Assembly: GCA_032718475.1 (NCBI GenBank)
Contig: JAUCBJ010002074.1
Coordinates: 35,027-99,026, forward strand
Source of the DNA: Nemertoderma westbladi
Lineage: Eukaryota; Animalia; Xenacoelomorpha
DNA length: 64,000 nt
Direction: 5' to 3'
Positions 1 to 10,625 of the stretch are shown here, piece by piece. A program made the translations under genes and the position numbers. The notes beneath the pieces were generated by a model. The model did no database searches, was not told the origin of the DNA, and saw only the letters and a list, made by a program, of their open reading frames with translations. How positions within the stretch are numbered: position 1 is the first letter of the stretch; each line of letters begins with the position of its first letter.

Positions 1-104
1 GATATCAACGAGAAAGCTTTCAAGGACAACGAGGAAGGAGTCATTCTCGACGAGATATCAACGATAAAGCTTTCAAGGACAACGAGGAAGGAGTCATTCT
101 CGAC
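1..104. repeat. 53-bp tandem repeat, about 2 copies visible (probably the tail of an array extending out of the window)
   Basis: gatatcaacga(g/t)aaagctttcaaggacaacgaggaaggagtcattctcgac starts at 1 and again at 54. Confidence 0.85.
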
Positions 105-310
105 CCCAAAGCCCAAGTTAATATTACAAATCAAAAAACAAAACGAACAATACATATTACTTTAATCATTAATGAAAAATAAAAATTTCTTTAGACTGAC
201 GGCATGCATTGCTACTGGTATTGCTTATATGCAAAAGCCCTATTATTACACCTGCCTACACTGTCTGACTTGCTAATATTTTGATATTATATATATTATA
301 TAACTGTACA

Positions 311-1176
311 ATGGCGGATGAGTTTCTCCGCTTACAAAGCGAGGTCTTATCTCTGATAAGGAACATTAAATCAAAAAGAGGTGTAAACGCCAATGATGAA
401 CAAACACTAACAGACAACCTACTTGCGATGAATGCTCTCTACACCATTGCGTTGGGTAAACTGACCGATGTGCAACGAGAATTAATAGACTCGAAGGACA
501 AACTTGTTACCATGACAGCGAATACGCCAATGGTTGATAATACGCACCAACCTAGCAGTCATTCAAACACCCGGGGCCAGGCCCAGGAGCCTACTGCCCG
601 CATGCCCGGCGCGCCGACTACCGGTACTTCATATGCGTCGATGGTTGTTCGCACTCGCCTGCTCCGACCAGGCAACGACGGTTGGACGACGGGCGGACCT
701 AAACGTCGCGAACCCCAGCGGATCGGGATGAAGTCGGGAACTGGTCTCGATGTAAGTCCTCCAACGGTAAACGCACCAACTAGTCCCCAACTAGCCCACA
801 TCTATATCGGCAGATTCAAACGTTCCGTCAACGAAAACCACATTAAACAATACTTGGAGAGAGAAGGCCTACCATTCCAGGATGTCGTACCGGTCCCGCG
901 GCTGATCCCGCTGGGTGAGTCCGGGAACGATACGCCGGCGTCGGGTACAATCGCGTTCCATCTGAATGCAAACAGGACGACAGGGATCGTCTTATGAACC
1001 CCGAGAACTGGCAGAACGGGGTTCTCATCCGGAACTACGCGCTCACAAACGCGGAATGAACCTCTCTTGGATTGAAACCTCGGGTCAGGGATAATGATCG
1101 AGCTAGCGGAGTCGAGGTTAATATCGACCCGGAAATTCGAGCTGGTCCTGGCGCTAACGACCCCACAATGGATTGA
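311..1176 (+). pseudogene. LINE-A ORF1 (coiled-coil plus RRM-like region), with a 1-bp frameshift near 965 and a premature TGA at 1057
   Basis: MADEFLRLQ...AHIYIGRFKRSVNENHIKQYL...FHL/ECKQDDRDRLMNPENWQNGVLIRNY aligns with LINE-B ORF1 (AHVYVGRVDVSITKEQFEVYL...FHLVCTQENRDAVMDPEIWEEGIIIANY). Confidence 0.8.
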
Positions 1177-1298
1177 CAAACAAACTCTGTGATATCGATT
1201 AAAGACTCGGACATAAACCTGCCAGAAAACAGGACAATATTGTGTTGCTCTGGATGTAAAAAGGTATACCGGTATAAAGCAAGCCTTGGGAAACATTA
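1177..1298 (+). pseudogene. LINE-A ORF2 N-terminal part (zinc finger) cut off by the LTR insertion
   Basis: Open frame QTNSVISIKDSDINLPENRTILCCSGCKKVYRYKASLGKH joins YSDCLRFQ... after the TSD at 13821-13825. Confidence 0.8.
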
Positions 1299-2536
1299 TG
1301 TAAAAGCCTTTGCTGAATTGCCCCGTTATTTTTATTATCTTTTACATTAAAATACTCTGTAGTTGATTTAATAAGTGTAAGAGACCGTATTATTGCTGTA
1401 TCGGTGTTTTTAGAGGATCTAAGACCTATTTCCTCCGTATGTGTACTGTGAAAGGCATATTTTATGATTCTATGGCAATTCGTGACGCAAAGGGGTGATA
1501 ACTACTCTTGAACAGTAGTTACTATGACTACGGTTAACAGCTGACATTCATACGTGTTGATTTCCTTTGTTCTACGGCGTCTCTCAGTTCAGTCAGCCAA
1601 TTAGAGCGTTTTTGTGGCTCCTTGTACAGAAAATTTCCGAGAAATGACGCAATGCCTATGTGCAGTGTTTACATTCAGTCCTGAGCAAAAGAAAGAACGG
1701 CTTGGAAGTATTTTGTGCTTTACTGTTTTTAGTCTTACACTAGTAGGTTTAATTACAAGGACATATATCCTTTAACTACCTGACTCATGGAATCACTGCT
1801 GACTGATCATACATGCTGACTGCTGAAACATTGCAAACTCATAACAATCAGTGTTTTCATTGTTGTTTTATACTGCTATTTACCGTCAGTTCTTCATAAT
1901 ATGGTTGATGAATAATTATATTTGGAATAACGATAAATAACCCCGAAACCCAATATTCTTGATATACCGAAGGTAAGAGAGAAGGGTTACAGATAAACGA
2001 TTGTGACTTATGTTAAAGTGGTTTGAAGTGAATCTAATGTTATTTGATAGACCCTACATGAGTCAGTCTGTGTTCCTTTTATATGTGACTAAAATCAGTG
2101 AAGATTGGCAGATTAGTGTGCAGTATTGTGCAGCATTGTGTATGAGTGAGTCTGTTAAAGAAGCAATTCCTAAAGAATGCGCCATATATGTGAATTATAA
2201 TTAAGCCATGTCGTTGTGAGTAGTTTAAGTCATAACTCTGTTTATATAGATAGGGCGCCACGTCCTAAAGGAACTGTTAATATTACCGAAGGTGAATAAT
2301 ATTGTCAGAGATTATATAGTACTGTCAGTCGAATAATACATTAGGCTTACATAGCAATAAAATTAAACCGTCGAACCCAATCTCCCGGGAATATCCAGCG
2401 GGTGAATGATCGCGCACAGATTGGTTTCGACTAGTGTAGTGAATCAAATACTTGTCATAGACTAAAAACCGATTTAATATCTAGAAGACATCTTAATTTG
2501 GTGGGTTAAACTGCCAAAGGTCTGAAAGCGCGAACA
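1299..2536 (+). repeat. 5' LTR (1238 bp)
   Basis: Begins tgtaaaagcc, ends gcgcgaaca; matches 12583-13820 (one substitution seen by eye, 1501 A vs 12785 G); AATAAA near 2355. Confidence 0.97.
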
Positions 2537-2548
2537 TTAAAGGATATA
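2537..2548 (+). promoter_or_regulatory. Non-canonical primer-binding site TTAAAGGATATA, complementary to LTR 1764-1775
   Basis: Occupies the PBS position directly after the LTR CA, lacks TGG, and is the exact reverse complement of TATATCCTTTAA in the LTR. Confidence 0.6.
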
Positions 2549-2820
2549 GCTTCTTTATTGCAGTAAGCAATAAAGTCGAAAGTACCGGTCGACCGGTAAC
2601 CAGTAGGCCTGACTGCCTGATCATCCGGACCGGTACCTACAACAGTACAGGTACAGCAGTATTATTCGATTTGATTATATATGCCGGTAGGTCTTAATAA
2701 TTAATCGGGGACGCCTGGTTTTTATTGGGATTTTACTTAGGCCTATTTCTGTCAGTTTTATTTGTTTGTAGGCCAGTATTGAACAGAAGGCATGTAAACC
2801 TGATCAGATTGTGCAGACGA

Positions 2821-3390
2821 TTTGTAGGCTGAGCTGTTGTCTGATTGCTGTTAAGTCTGAACGGATTGCAGTGTGTGTAGATCACCTGTCCGATTAAGTA
2901 CGGTTAGGAAGTAGGGGCAGCGAACGCGGTAAGGTAAACCCCCAACTAAAGAATAAGTCGCACTACTGGGTTAGAGCGCATACTCCCTAATCATTTCGGA
3001 GTCTGCATGTCCTGTAGTTTATTTAGGCTTGAGAGTAGTCTGCCATCGTTTAGTCTGTACTTTGTTTGTGTAAGTCTGTACGGGTAGCGTATAATTTTAT
3101 TTAAATAATTTGTAGGCTGGATAGTTGTCTGGCTGTTATTAAGTCTGAACGGATTGCCGCGTGTGTAGATCATCTGTCCGATTAAGTACGATTAGGCAGT
3201 AGGGGCAGCGAACGCTGTAAGGTAAACCCCCAACTAAAGAATAAGTCGCACTACTGGGTTAGAGCGCATACTCCCTAATCATTTCGGAGTCTGCATATAC
3301 CGTAGTTTGTTTAGGCTTGATAGTAGTCTGTCAGTGTTCGGTCTGTATTTTGTTTGAGTAGTTTGTACGCGTAGCGTAATATTTATTATT
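2821..3390 (+). repeat. Diverged tandem duplication (about 288-bp period, 2 copies) in the 2.2-kb leader of the LTR element
   Basis: tttgtaggctg...gtaaggtaaacccccaactaaagaataagtcgcactactgggttagagcgc... starts at 2821 and again at 3109. Confidence 0.9.
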
Positions 3391-4710
3391 CAGAGTTTAT
3401 GCGATTATTCGCAACATTCAAGTCCCCAAGTTTGTTCCTACAGTAATTGTGTTTGTTATACATACCGCTATAGTTAAATTAACCTCGGTACTACACGGGC
3501 TGCTTGGCGTAGGTAAAGACTGGTGATTTTGTGCATCGGTCACTCCAGCAGATGCCGTGGTTCTTTTAGCTGTTCAAGTATATTTAATTACTGATTATCT
3601 GTTGTACAAGTACTCGTACCTAATTTAGGGTTTAGTGTACAGTGCTTTCCGAGAATAATTAGTGTAGGCATTATATTTGTGTTGTAAAGTGGTTGATAGG
3701 CACATTCGATTAGCTCTATTAACTTCTAGGTAGGAACATTCCGTGATACATAACGTAGAACCTATAGCGATACGGCTATAGGTCGTCAGGCGGTGGTATT
3801 TTCCTATCTGGACAACGCAGTGTATTTACTACTACTTATTATTTCAAATACCGTAGTACCCTGTCCGTTGTAATAACCGGTTTTCTAACCCTTTGTTAGG
3901 CTGGTTTGTAGACTTCTTGTAAAATTACCCTAAAAATTCGTATTTGTGTTTTTGTAAATTTTTGTGTTTATTTAGAGATTGTAATCTCAACCCGAATTGT
4001 ACGTAATTTGTAGTATTAAGTAACTTAGGTAAATTAGTATTATTTGTTTTAGTGTCCTGTACGTAACACTTCACTGAAAGCGCACCGCTTTGTGTAGTGA
4101 TTACTCCCCAGAAATAATAACATTTATTTCAAACATTGACAAAACCCATTAAAACGGGTATATATATATTATAAATCAAATCTAACGATTTATAAATCGT
4201 AGGCCTACCATACAACCATTAGGTCTCAATATCAGTTGGATTACTGCTCAAATAACGGTAATAAAGTAAGTAAAGTAACAAAGTAACCCTAAAGTAACAG
4301 AAATTCAATTATTTGAAATAATTGATATACCGGTATTTACGATAGGCCTATTATCTTTATTTCTATAAATCTAGGCTGAAATTATACCGGTACTTGTAAT
4401 TAATTCTATTTCAGAATTATATATCCTACAAACTGTAAGCTGTATACCGGTATTCCGATAGGCCTATTATATATTTATATATATTTGTGCTAAAATTATA
4501 CCGGTATTCTGTGATAAACCTAGTCTGTAATAATACTTATATAGTTATATATACTATAAGTATACCGGTATTCTAATATATTATATATATATCACGCTAC
4601 ACTGAGTAGCAGTAACGGTAATTAATTACTAGGCTAGCAGTTCATACTGAGTTACTAGACTTGCTTAGACTGTAATATAGCAGTAGGCATTCAACTGTAC
4701 ATACCTAGTC

Positions 4711-7700
4711 ATGTCTGATACTATGCAGAACCTGTCAGACAGTTTATTAGATGTAACTATCTGTGACTCAGATAGAGACGTACAACCGTCTGGTCGTAAA
4801 TCCAGTTCACCTCCCACTGTGAGAAAGGTCATCCCTCCAGTAGTAATAACAGAACCTAGGCTGGTCCAACATCGTAGGTCTATCATAGGCACTCGAGCTC
4901 AGGTCAAGCGGGACCAAAAGGCAGCGGAACAGCAACAACCCACTAGTCAAGAACTTATTCCTCAGCGGCCCAGCAGCTCCAGTAGTGAGGATACTGTAGA
5001 GCTGACACCCGAGAGCGGAGCAGAGGTGACGGATGCGGTTTATACGGATCCCCTTCTCATCCTTCCTGCAGCCGTGCTCGCTGGGTTATTGATCGCGGTG
5101 GAAGAACACCAGATCGATTGGGCGAGAAGTCAACGGTCAACTAGAGATAGCTACGCGGGATACACTAGTGAAGAACTGAAGTCTATTGTCGAGTCGCAAT
5201 GGAACTTCCCCGGACCCGGACTCCCGTTTGATTTATCAGAAGCTGCCTGGGAAGACATACACCGGATGGGAGTAGCCAAGGAAACCATCGATCCAGCTGT
5301 ATGGAAGAGGTCAGCAGCCGGATACGCACAGGGATTCTTCAGCTCTATGGAGCGAGTAGAAAGACAACTGTTTAAACAACCTCAAGGACCTCAAGAGCAG
5401 GGATCGCTGCTTTATCAAGTTAGAGAAAGAGTTCTACGAATTAGGCTAATCTTATCCGCCTTTGAGGAGGCTTCTAAAAGAAGACAAGACACGTCGTTGC
5501 AAGTTGCCGTAAAGACTTGGTTTCAACGGGTGAGTCGCCAGGTTCAAGGAGCAGCTCAGTGGAAGGCTCAGTTGGAGGAGCGCTCAACCCATGGAGAATC
5601 AACAGACGCTACTTTTTCCCAAGTGGAAAGTGAAGCGACGGCAGAGAAACCGCATAAGAAGGATGCCATTGATATCTATCTGTCAGACTATCAGCGTTTT
5701 GTGGGAGATGAAGAGTTGAGGAGAAGGCTAGAGGGACTTAGCCCTAATAGCGAAGGAGCCAAACTTGTGTTAGATGCGATTGATGTGGATAGGTTAGCGG
5801 CGAACCAAGCTAAATTCGATGAACAACTCCGCATCGCTAGAGAAAGGGAAGAACAAGTAAGGAAAAAGCGTATAGAAGACAGAAAGATAGCAGCAGTGGC
5901 AGAGGCAGAACGAAAAGCGGCAGCGGCAGAGGCAAAAGCGGCAGCGGCAGCGGCAAAAGCGGCAGCAGTGGCGGAAGCAGAACGAACAGTGGCGGAAGCA
6001 GAACGAAAAGCGGCAGCGGCAGCGGCAAAAGCGGCAGCAGTGGCGGAAGCAGAACGAAAAGCGGCAGCGGCAGAGGCAAAAGCGGCAGCAGCCGAGGCAA
6101 AAGCGGCAGCAGTGGCGGAAGTAGAACGAAAAGCGGCTGAAGAGATCATCCAACTGGAGTTGGAAAATCTTCAAGAGAAGCAAGACGACTTCAGTAAACA
6201 GTTAGCAGCTAGTAATATGCAGATGATGAGTCGATCTACTCCCAAAAGACAAGGGTATACCTCATCTGAGGAAGGCGATACCACTGACACTGAAGGCGGA
6301 AGAAATCGATCTCGCCTAAGCAGACGTAAAAGAACATTCCACCGGCAGAAATTGCCTGATTTGCCTCCAGCTGTTAGAAGGCAACTAAATAACACCAACT
6401 TAGGTAGTACTGAGCCCACAGACCAAATAATTAAAATAGAAAGACTCCCTACTATAGTAGATGAGCCTGAAATAATTAGGCCTGTTCTTGAAATCACCCC
6501 TTCGGTGATAGACATACCTGTGCTCCCTGAGACTACCTCTAAATTCCCTTTGCATAGCACTAAGCTACCTGTGCCCCGTAGAACTGCCCCGGATACAGTT
6601 CAGGTCCTGGACCCCGAGCGAATTATTCATAATTTGTCGCCCGTTGTCCCTCGTCCGCCCGCTACGACGTTGGCGGATCCCGCTTCGGCGGTTGATTGGG
6701 TAGACGAGAGACGGCGGGGTATGGATATTCTCCTCGGAGAGATGAAGGAGAATCGGATACGCTCCTCCCAACAGGTCCGAGAGTTGGAAGGGACTGTCCA
6801 ACATTTAAAGGGAACAGTGAGGGAAAGCAAGTTAGAGTTGCAAGTAGTGCAGCAAAATATCGCGCTAGAGCGCGATAAATTAGTAAATTTACAAAAGGGT
6901 ATACCACCACCCCCTGTAACAATGTGTCAACCCGTTAGGTCTGAAGTATCTCATGCGCAAGGTGTGGAGCCTACACGCATCTATACTGCTAGCGAAGTAG
7001 AAACTCCTATAGTGAACCCTATTAAGGGTAATTATAGACCTGTTGATAGTGATATTCCCTATAGAACTGATCATAATCCGAGAAATTTATATACCGATAA
7101 CTCGATATTAAATAGCACGATGGCCCAAGAAAGTTTTACTCGTCAAATGGCTAGAACCGAAGCCCGGCAAGCGGTAAAGGTTGGAGAGATCGTTAAGTTC
7201 AATGGAGATGAGATGAAATGGTTACCTTTTAATGAATATTACAAAGATAACATACAGAACTCCGTACTATCTAATGGAGAAAAACTTAGATACCTCATCG
7301 AGTGCTTGGAAGGATCTCCCAAGTTAATGGCGTTAAGGTTTATTGGACATCCAGACGGATTAAGACAAGTTTGGGATACACTAAACATCAGGTATGGTAA
7401 TAGGAATAACATAGCTGGGTATTTGTATGCAAAGTTGGTAGCGCCCCGAAAGTTTATTAGCAGCGGGATTATAGAGTTTTCCGATGAAATTCAGGAGATC
7501 TGCAGACAATTAGATTGGCTAGGTAAGTCTCATGAGTATCAGAGTGCTATGGTTATTAGAGCAGTGGCTTCTGCTTTACCGAAGGGTGGAGTAGGTACAC
7601 GCTGGGATAAGAAAGTGTTATATATGATGGAACAACAACAACGAGACCCTACCATGGCTGATCTCATGTCATTCTTGGATAGCGAGGTGAAATTACAGCT

Positions 7701-9771
7701 CCTAAGGCAGTCCAGAGAGAAGACATTGGAAAACAAGGTAAGTGAGAAACCCGTTTCTAGGAGAAGGGTAACACCAGTATGTTATACCGACGATGGTGAA
7801 AGCCAAACTTCTCAAGGAGAGGACAGCGGGAAAGACACTGACAGATCTTATTATGTCAATAAAATGCCTAAAGATCAGGTAAGTAAATCCAAGTCTCGAC
7901 CCAATGACAGAAGGGAACCGGTACAAAAAACCCTTCCTACGTCTCCTAAAAGAATTCAGGTGAGAAAGCCCGAGGAAAGAACAAGTGTGCACCACATAGC
8001 ACAGGTTAAAGTAAGTAACATCAAGCCGAAATGTGTGCTGTGCGACGGGCCCCACCGTTTAAATGCGTGTGATAAATTCCTGAGGAAATCACTCGAGGAT
8101 AGACGTGAAGTCATGTGGGATAAGCGGTTGTGTTATAATTGCCTCAGACGTGGACACCAACGGCGAACCTGTAACTCCGACGCAAGGTGTGCAAAGTGCG
8201 GCGCAAAACATCATATCTTGTTGCACACGGAATTCGAACGAAACAGCCCGAGTCAGGTAAGTGAGTCCGAACTACATGTCCAATTCAGTGATGTGAACGA
8301 CACTGATCAATCTGAGATGGAAGGATTCTATACGGACGAGTTCTCCGACCAAAACGAATCCTGTTACCTAATAAACACCACCGCAGTGTATCGAGCACTC
8401 GTGTATGAGAAAGACACAGACAGCGACTTTACTCTAACTACTTCTGAACGACAACCACCTTGGAAAGAGACATCTTCCAATGTAGGGATCCGAGAGTTTC
8501 CTGTGGTGCAAGTAAGGGTTCACGGACCTAAGAGGAGTTATGTAGTGAACGCCCTCCTGGACTCCGGCAGCACAGGAACATTCATCGATAAAGAGTTAGC
8601 CGAAGATATATTTGCTGGACAACCCAAGTTCCAAACTAAGCTCAATATGTCAGGCATTATGCAAGTTTGGAAATCTACAATAACAGCTGATTATTATGTC
8701 GGAGCGTTGTCCACCCCCCAGGACGAACTAGGAGAACATAGCATCAGGTCAGTGAAAATGGTGGCTATAAAGAACTTCGCTACTACTCAAGCAGACCTTT
8801 ATAATTGGGACGAGGATGAGAGCATCCAACATCTTAACATACCTCGATTCCAGACTGATTATCCTGGAGTGCAAATACTCATCGGCCAAAACGCGCATGA
8901 GGCGCTGGAGACATTAGAGAAACGGCCTGCTCAACCGCAGCCACTACAGACCTATGCGGTAAGAACTAGAGTAGGTTGGTACCTTACTGGACCTTCCGGT
9001 AGAACGCTCAGGGAAAGACTGCTTCAAGATCGCGTCTGCCAGATGAGTGAATGGGAAGATGATACTAGTGAGGGAGACGACCCAACTGAGGGAACACCAC
9101 ACTCCTCAGATAATGACAATCTTAGCTCCAATGTAGATCAATGGAGATATTACCCCAAGAAGTTTAATCCAACGGACATCGCTTCCAGAGGAGCAACTCC
9201 TCAAGAACTGACAGATACTACAGACCGATTAGGTGAACCCGACTTCCTGAGTAAGGAGAATGAATGGCCTCCCCATCTTACTCCGACTGAGATTATACCA
9301 GCCAAGGGAGCGGAGAAAGTCGAACCTGAAACCCGGACGTGTGGATCGGAGTTATTTGAACCCGGGATAGATCTGTCGGTATTACATGTTGCCAGGGACG
9401 ACGCCGTGGATCTGGGCCTCCCCACCGCGAGTGGATCCTTCATGAAGATCAGAGAGAGCGATTGGAGCTCTGGAACATCAGACGTCTCGCAGGGACTCTC
9501 ACCTCTCCTGCAGAGAGCGACGGACCACTATAGCTCCTGGAATCGGCTTTGTGACGCCGTCATCTACTTTGAGCGATGTTTCTATCGTCACTATTCCAGG
9601 ACGAAGAGGAAACCTGGAATTGTATTCAGGATGCAGCGACTCAATCACCCAGTCGGTCGTTTGTGTTTATCGGAAGGGAATGGAGGACTCTCCGGAAACT
9701 GTGGAAGGCAAGATTCTCTTCCCACGACCACCTCCCTAATCCTTCAAACATCTAGGGACTCCATAACGTAA
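4711..9771 (+). CDS. BEL/Pao Gag-protease polyprotein (1686 aa) ending in an RNase H C-terminal remnant
   Basis: DUF1759-like region (KFNGDEMKWLPF...LSNGEKLRYLIECLEG), knuckles CVLCDGPHRLNAC / CYNCLRRGHQRRTC / CAKCGAKHHILLH, protease ALLDSGSTGTFI...ILIGQN...RTRVGWYLTGP, then WRYYPKKFNPTDIASRG...GEPDFL...WP; no YxDD RT core. Confidence 0.92.
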   Translation: MSDTMQNLSDSLLDVTICDSDRDVQPSGRKSSSPPTVRKVIPPVVITEPRLVQHRRSIIGTRAQVKRDQKAAEQQQPTSQELIPQRPSSSSSEDTVELTPESGAEVTDAVYTDPLLILPAAVLAGLLIAVEEHQIDWARSQRSTRDSYAGYTSEELKSIVESQWNFPGPGLPFDLSEAAWEDIHRMGVAKETIDPAVWKRSAAGYAQGFFSSMERVERQLFKQPQGPQEQGSLLYQVRERVLRIRLILSAFEEASKRRQDTSLQVAVKTWFQRVSRQVQGAAQWKAQLEERSTHGESTDATFSQVESEATAEKPHKKDAIDIYLSDYQRFVGDEELRRRLEGLSPNSEGAKLVLDAIDVDRLAANQAKFDEQLRIAREREEQVRKKRIEDRKIAAVAEAERKAAAAEAKAAAAAAKAAAVAEAERTVAEAERKAAAAAAKAAAVAEAERKAAAAEAKAAAAEAKAAAVAEVERKAAEEIIQLELENLQEKQDDFSKQLAASNMQMMSRSTPKRQGYTSSEEGDTTDTEGGRNRSRLSRRKRTFHRQKLPDLPPAVRRQLNNTNLGSTEPTDQIIKIERLPTIVDEPEIIRPVLEITPSVIDIPVLPETTSKFPLHSTKLPVPRRTAPDTVQVLDPERIIHNLSPVVPRPPATTLADPASAVDWVDERRRGMDILLGEMKENRIRSSQQVRELEGTVQHLKGTVRESKLELQVVQQNIALERDKLVNLQKGIPPPPVTMCQPVRSEVSHAQGVEPTRIYTASEVETPIVNPIKGNYRPVDSDIPYRTDHNPRNLYTDNSILNSTMAQESFTRQMARTEARQAVKVGEIVKFNGDEMKWLPFNEYYKDNIQNSVLSNGEKLRYLIECLEGSPKLMALRFIGHPDGLRQVWDTLNIRYGNRNNIAGYLYAKLVAPRKFISSGIIEFSDEIQEICRQLDWLGKSHEYQSAMVIRAVASALPKGGVGTRWDKKVLYMMEQQQRDPTMADLMSFLDSEVKLQLLRQSREKTLENKVSEKPVSRRRVTPVCYTDDGESQTSQGEDSGKDTDRSYYVNKMPKDQVSKSKSRPNDRREPVQKTLPTSPKRIQVRKPEERTSVHHIAQVKVSNIKPKCVLCDGPHRLNACDKFLRKSLEDRREVMWDKRLCYNCLRRGHQRRTCNSDARCAKCGAKHHILLHTEFERNSPSQVSESELHVQFSDVNDTDQSEMEGFYTDEFSDQNESCYLINTTAVYRALVYEKDTDSDFTLTTSERQPPWKETSSNVGIREFPVVQVRVHGPKRSYVVNALLDSGSTGTFIDKELAEDIFAGQPKFQTKLNMSGIMQVWKSTITADYYVGALSTPQDELGEHSIRSVKMVAIKNFATTQADLYNWDEDESIQHLNIPRFQTDYPGVQILIGQNAHEALETLEKRPAQPQPLQTYAVRTRVGWYLTGPSGRTLRERLLQDRVCQMSEWEDDTSEGDDPTEGTPHSSDNDNLSSNVDQWRYYPKKFNPTDIASRGATPQELTDTTDRLGEPDFLSKENEWPPHLTPTEIIPAKGAEKVEPETRTCGSELFEPGIDLSVLHVARDDAVDLGLPTASGSFMKIRESDWSSGTSDVSQGLSPLLQRATDHYSSWNRLCDAVIYFERCFYRHYSRTKRKPGIVFRMQRLNHPVGRLCLSEGNGGLSGNCGRQDSLPTTTSLILQTSRDSIT

Positions 9772-10320
9772 CAACATATGGAGTGGGTGTGTGACTCTAT
9801 TATTTTATATTATTTTATTATTTTTATATTTCTGTATGTATTACTATGTAATTTTATTATAATCGTTTTCTTTAATTTTATTCAGTAGAATGTTATTTTA
9901 GCGATTATTTAGTAGATTAGTGCAATATATATTCGCGTTTATTACTTAATTACATATATATTATATTTAATGCGACGGCAAGAAATAATTCTTTTTCTCT
10001 TTCCTTACTGTCCGTATTACATTACAAATACGTAACTACAGTAAGATGAAATGTCCGTACTTATTAAAGTACAATAAAGCCACTACTATATTTAAGTATT
10101 ATTGGTAGGCAGAGTATTAGGAATGCAAAGTTCAGATCCTCGTGTCTCGGCTAAACCAAGCTCTGGGTAGACCTTGGAAACGACTTGCCTCTTCACACTG
10201 ACATTGCTTCGTGCGATATTGCTCTCATACCGTATATTAAATAATACATATAGTAGCGTGATGTCCCTTTAACAGTAGCGTATAACGCAAAATAAATCTG
10301 TTAAACCCTTTGACCATCTG

Positions 10321-10625
10321 TAATTCTAGTCGATTAAGATATCGCGGCACCCACCGATATACTTGAAAGACAAATTCTAGAATCAGTGGTTAACGTCCCC
10401 AGACAAGTTCTGGAATAAATCGGTGCCCATCTCAAATATTAATTATTTAATATTTGCAAATCTAATAAGTCAAAATCTGTAAAATTCGGATCCTTCAATA
10501 ATCCTAGTCAATTAAGATATCGTAGCATTTACCGATATTCTTAAAAAGACAATTGTCATAGAATTAAGGATCTTGTGTCCCCAGACATGTTCTGGAATCC
10601 AAATATGTCCATTTAATTATCAAAT
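10321..10625 (+). repeat. Imperfect tandem duplication (about 178-bp period) in the non-coding 3' part of the LTR element
   Basis: taattctagtcgattaagatatcg...gtccccagacaagttctggaat at 10321 recurs as taatcctagtcaattaagatatcg...gtccccagacatgttctggaat at 10499. Confidence 0.8.

Noticed and set aside
2010-2261. Small ORFs duplicated at 13294-13545
   Set aside because: Identical only because they lie in the LTRs; no recognisable protein features.
5691-6183. Antisense Ala-, Cys/Arg- and Leu/Pro-rich ORFs
   Set aside because: Shadows of the Ala-rich gag repeat.
4711-9771. Domesticated host gag gene
   Set aside because: Flanked by near-identical LTRs and a perfect TSD inside another TE, so it is a recently mobile element.
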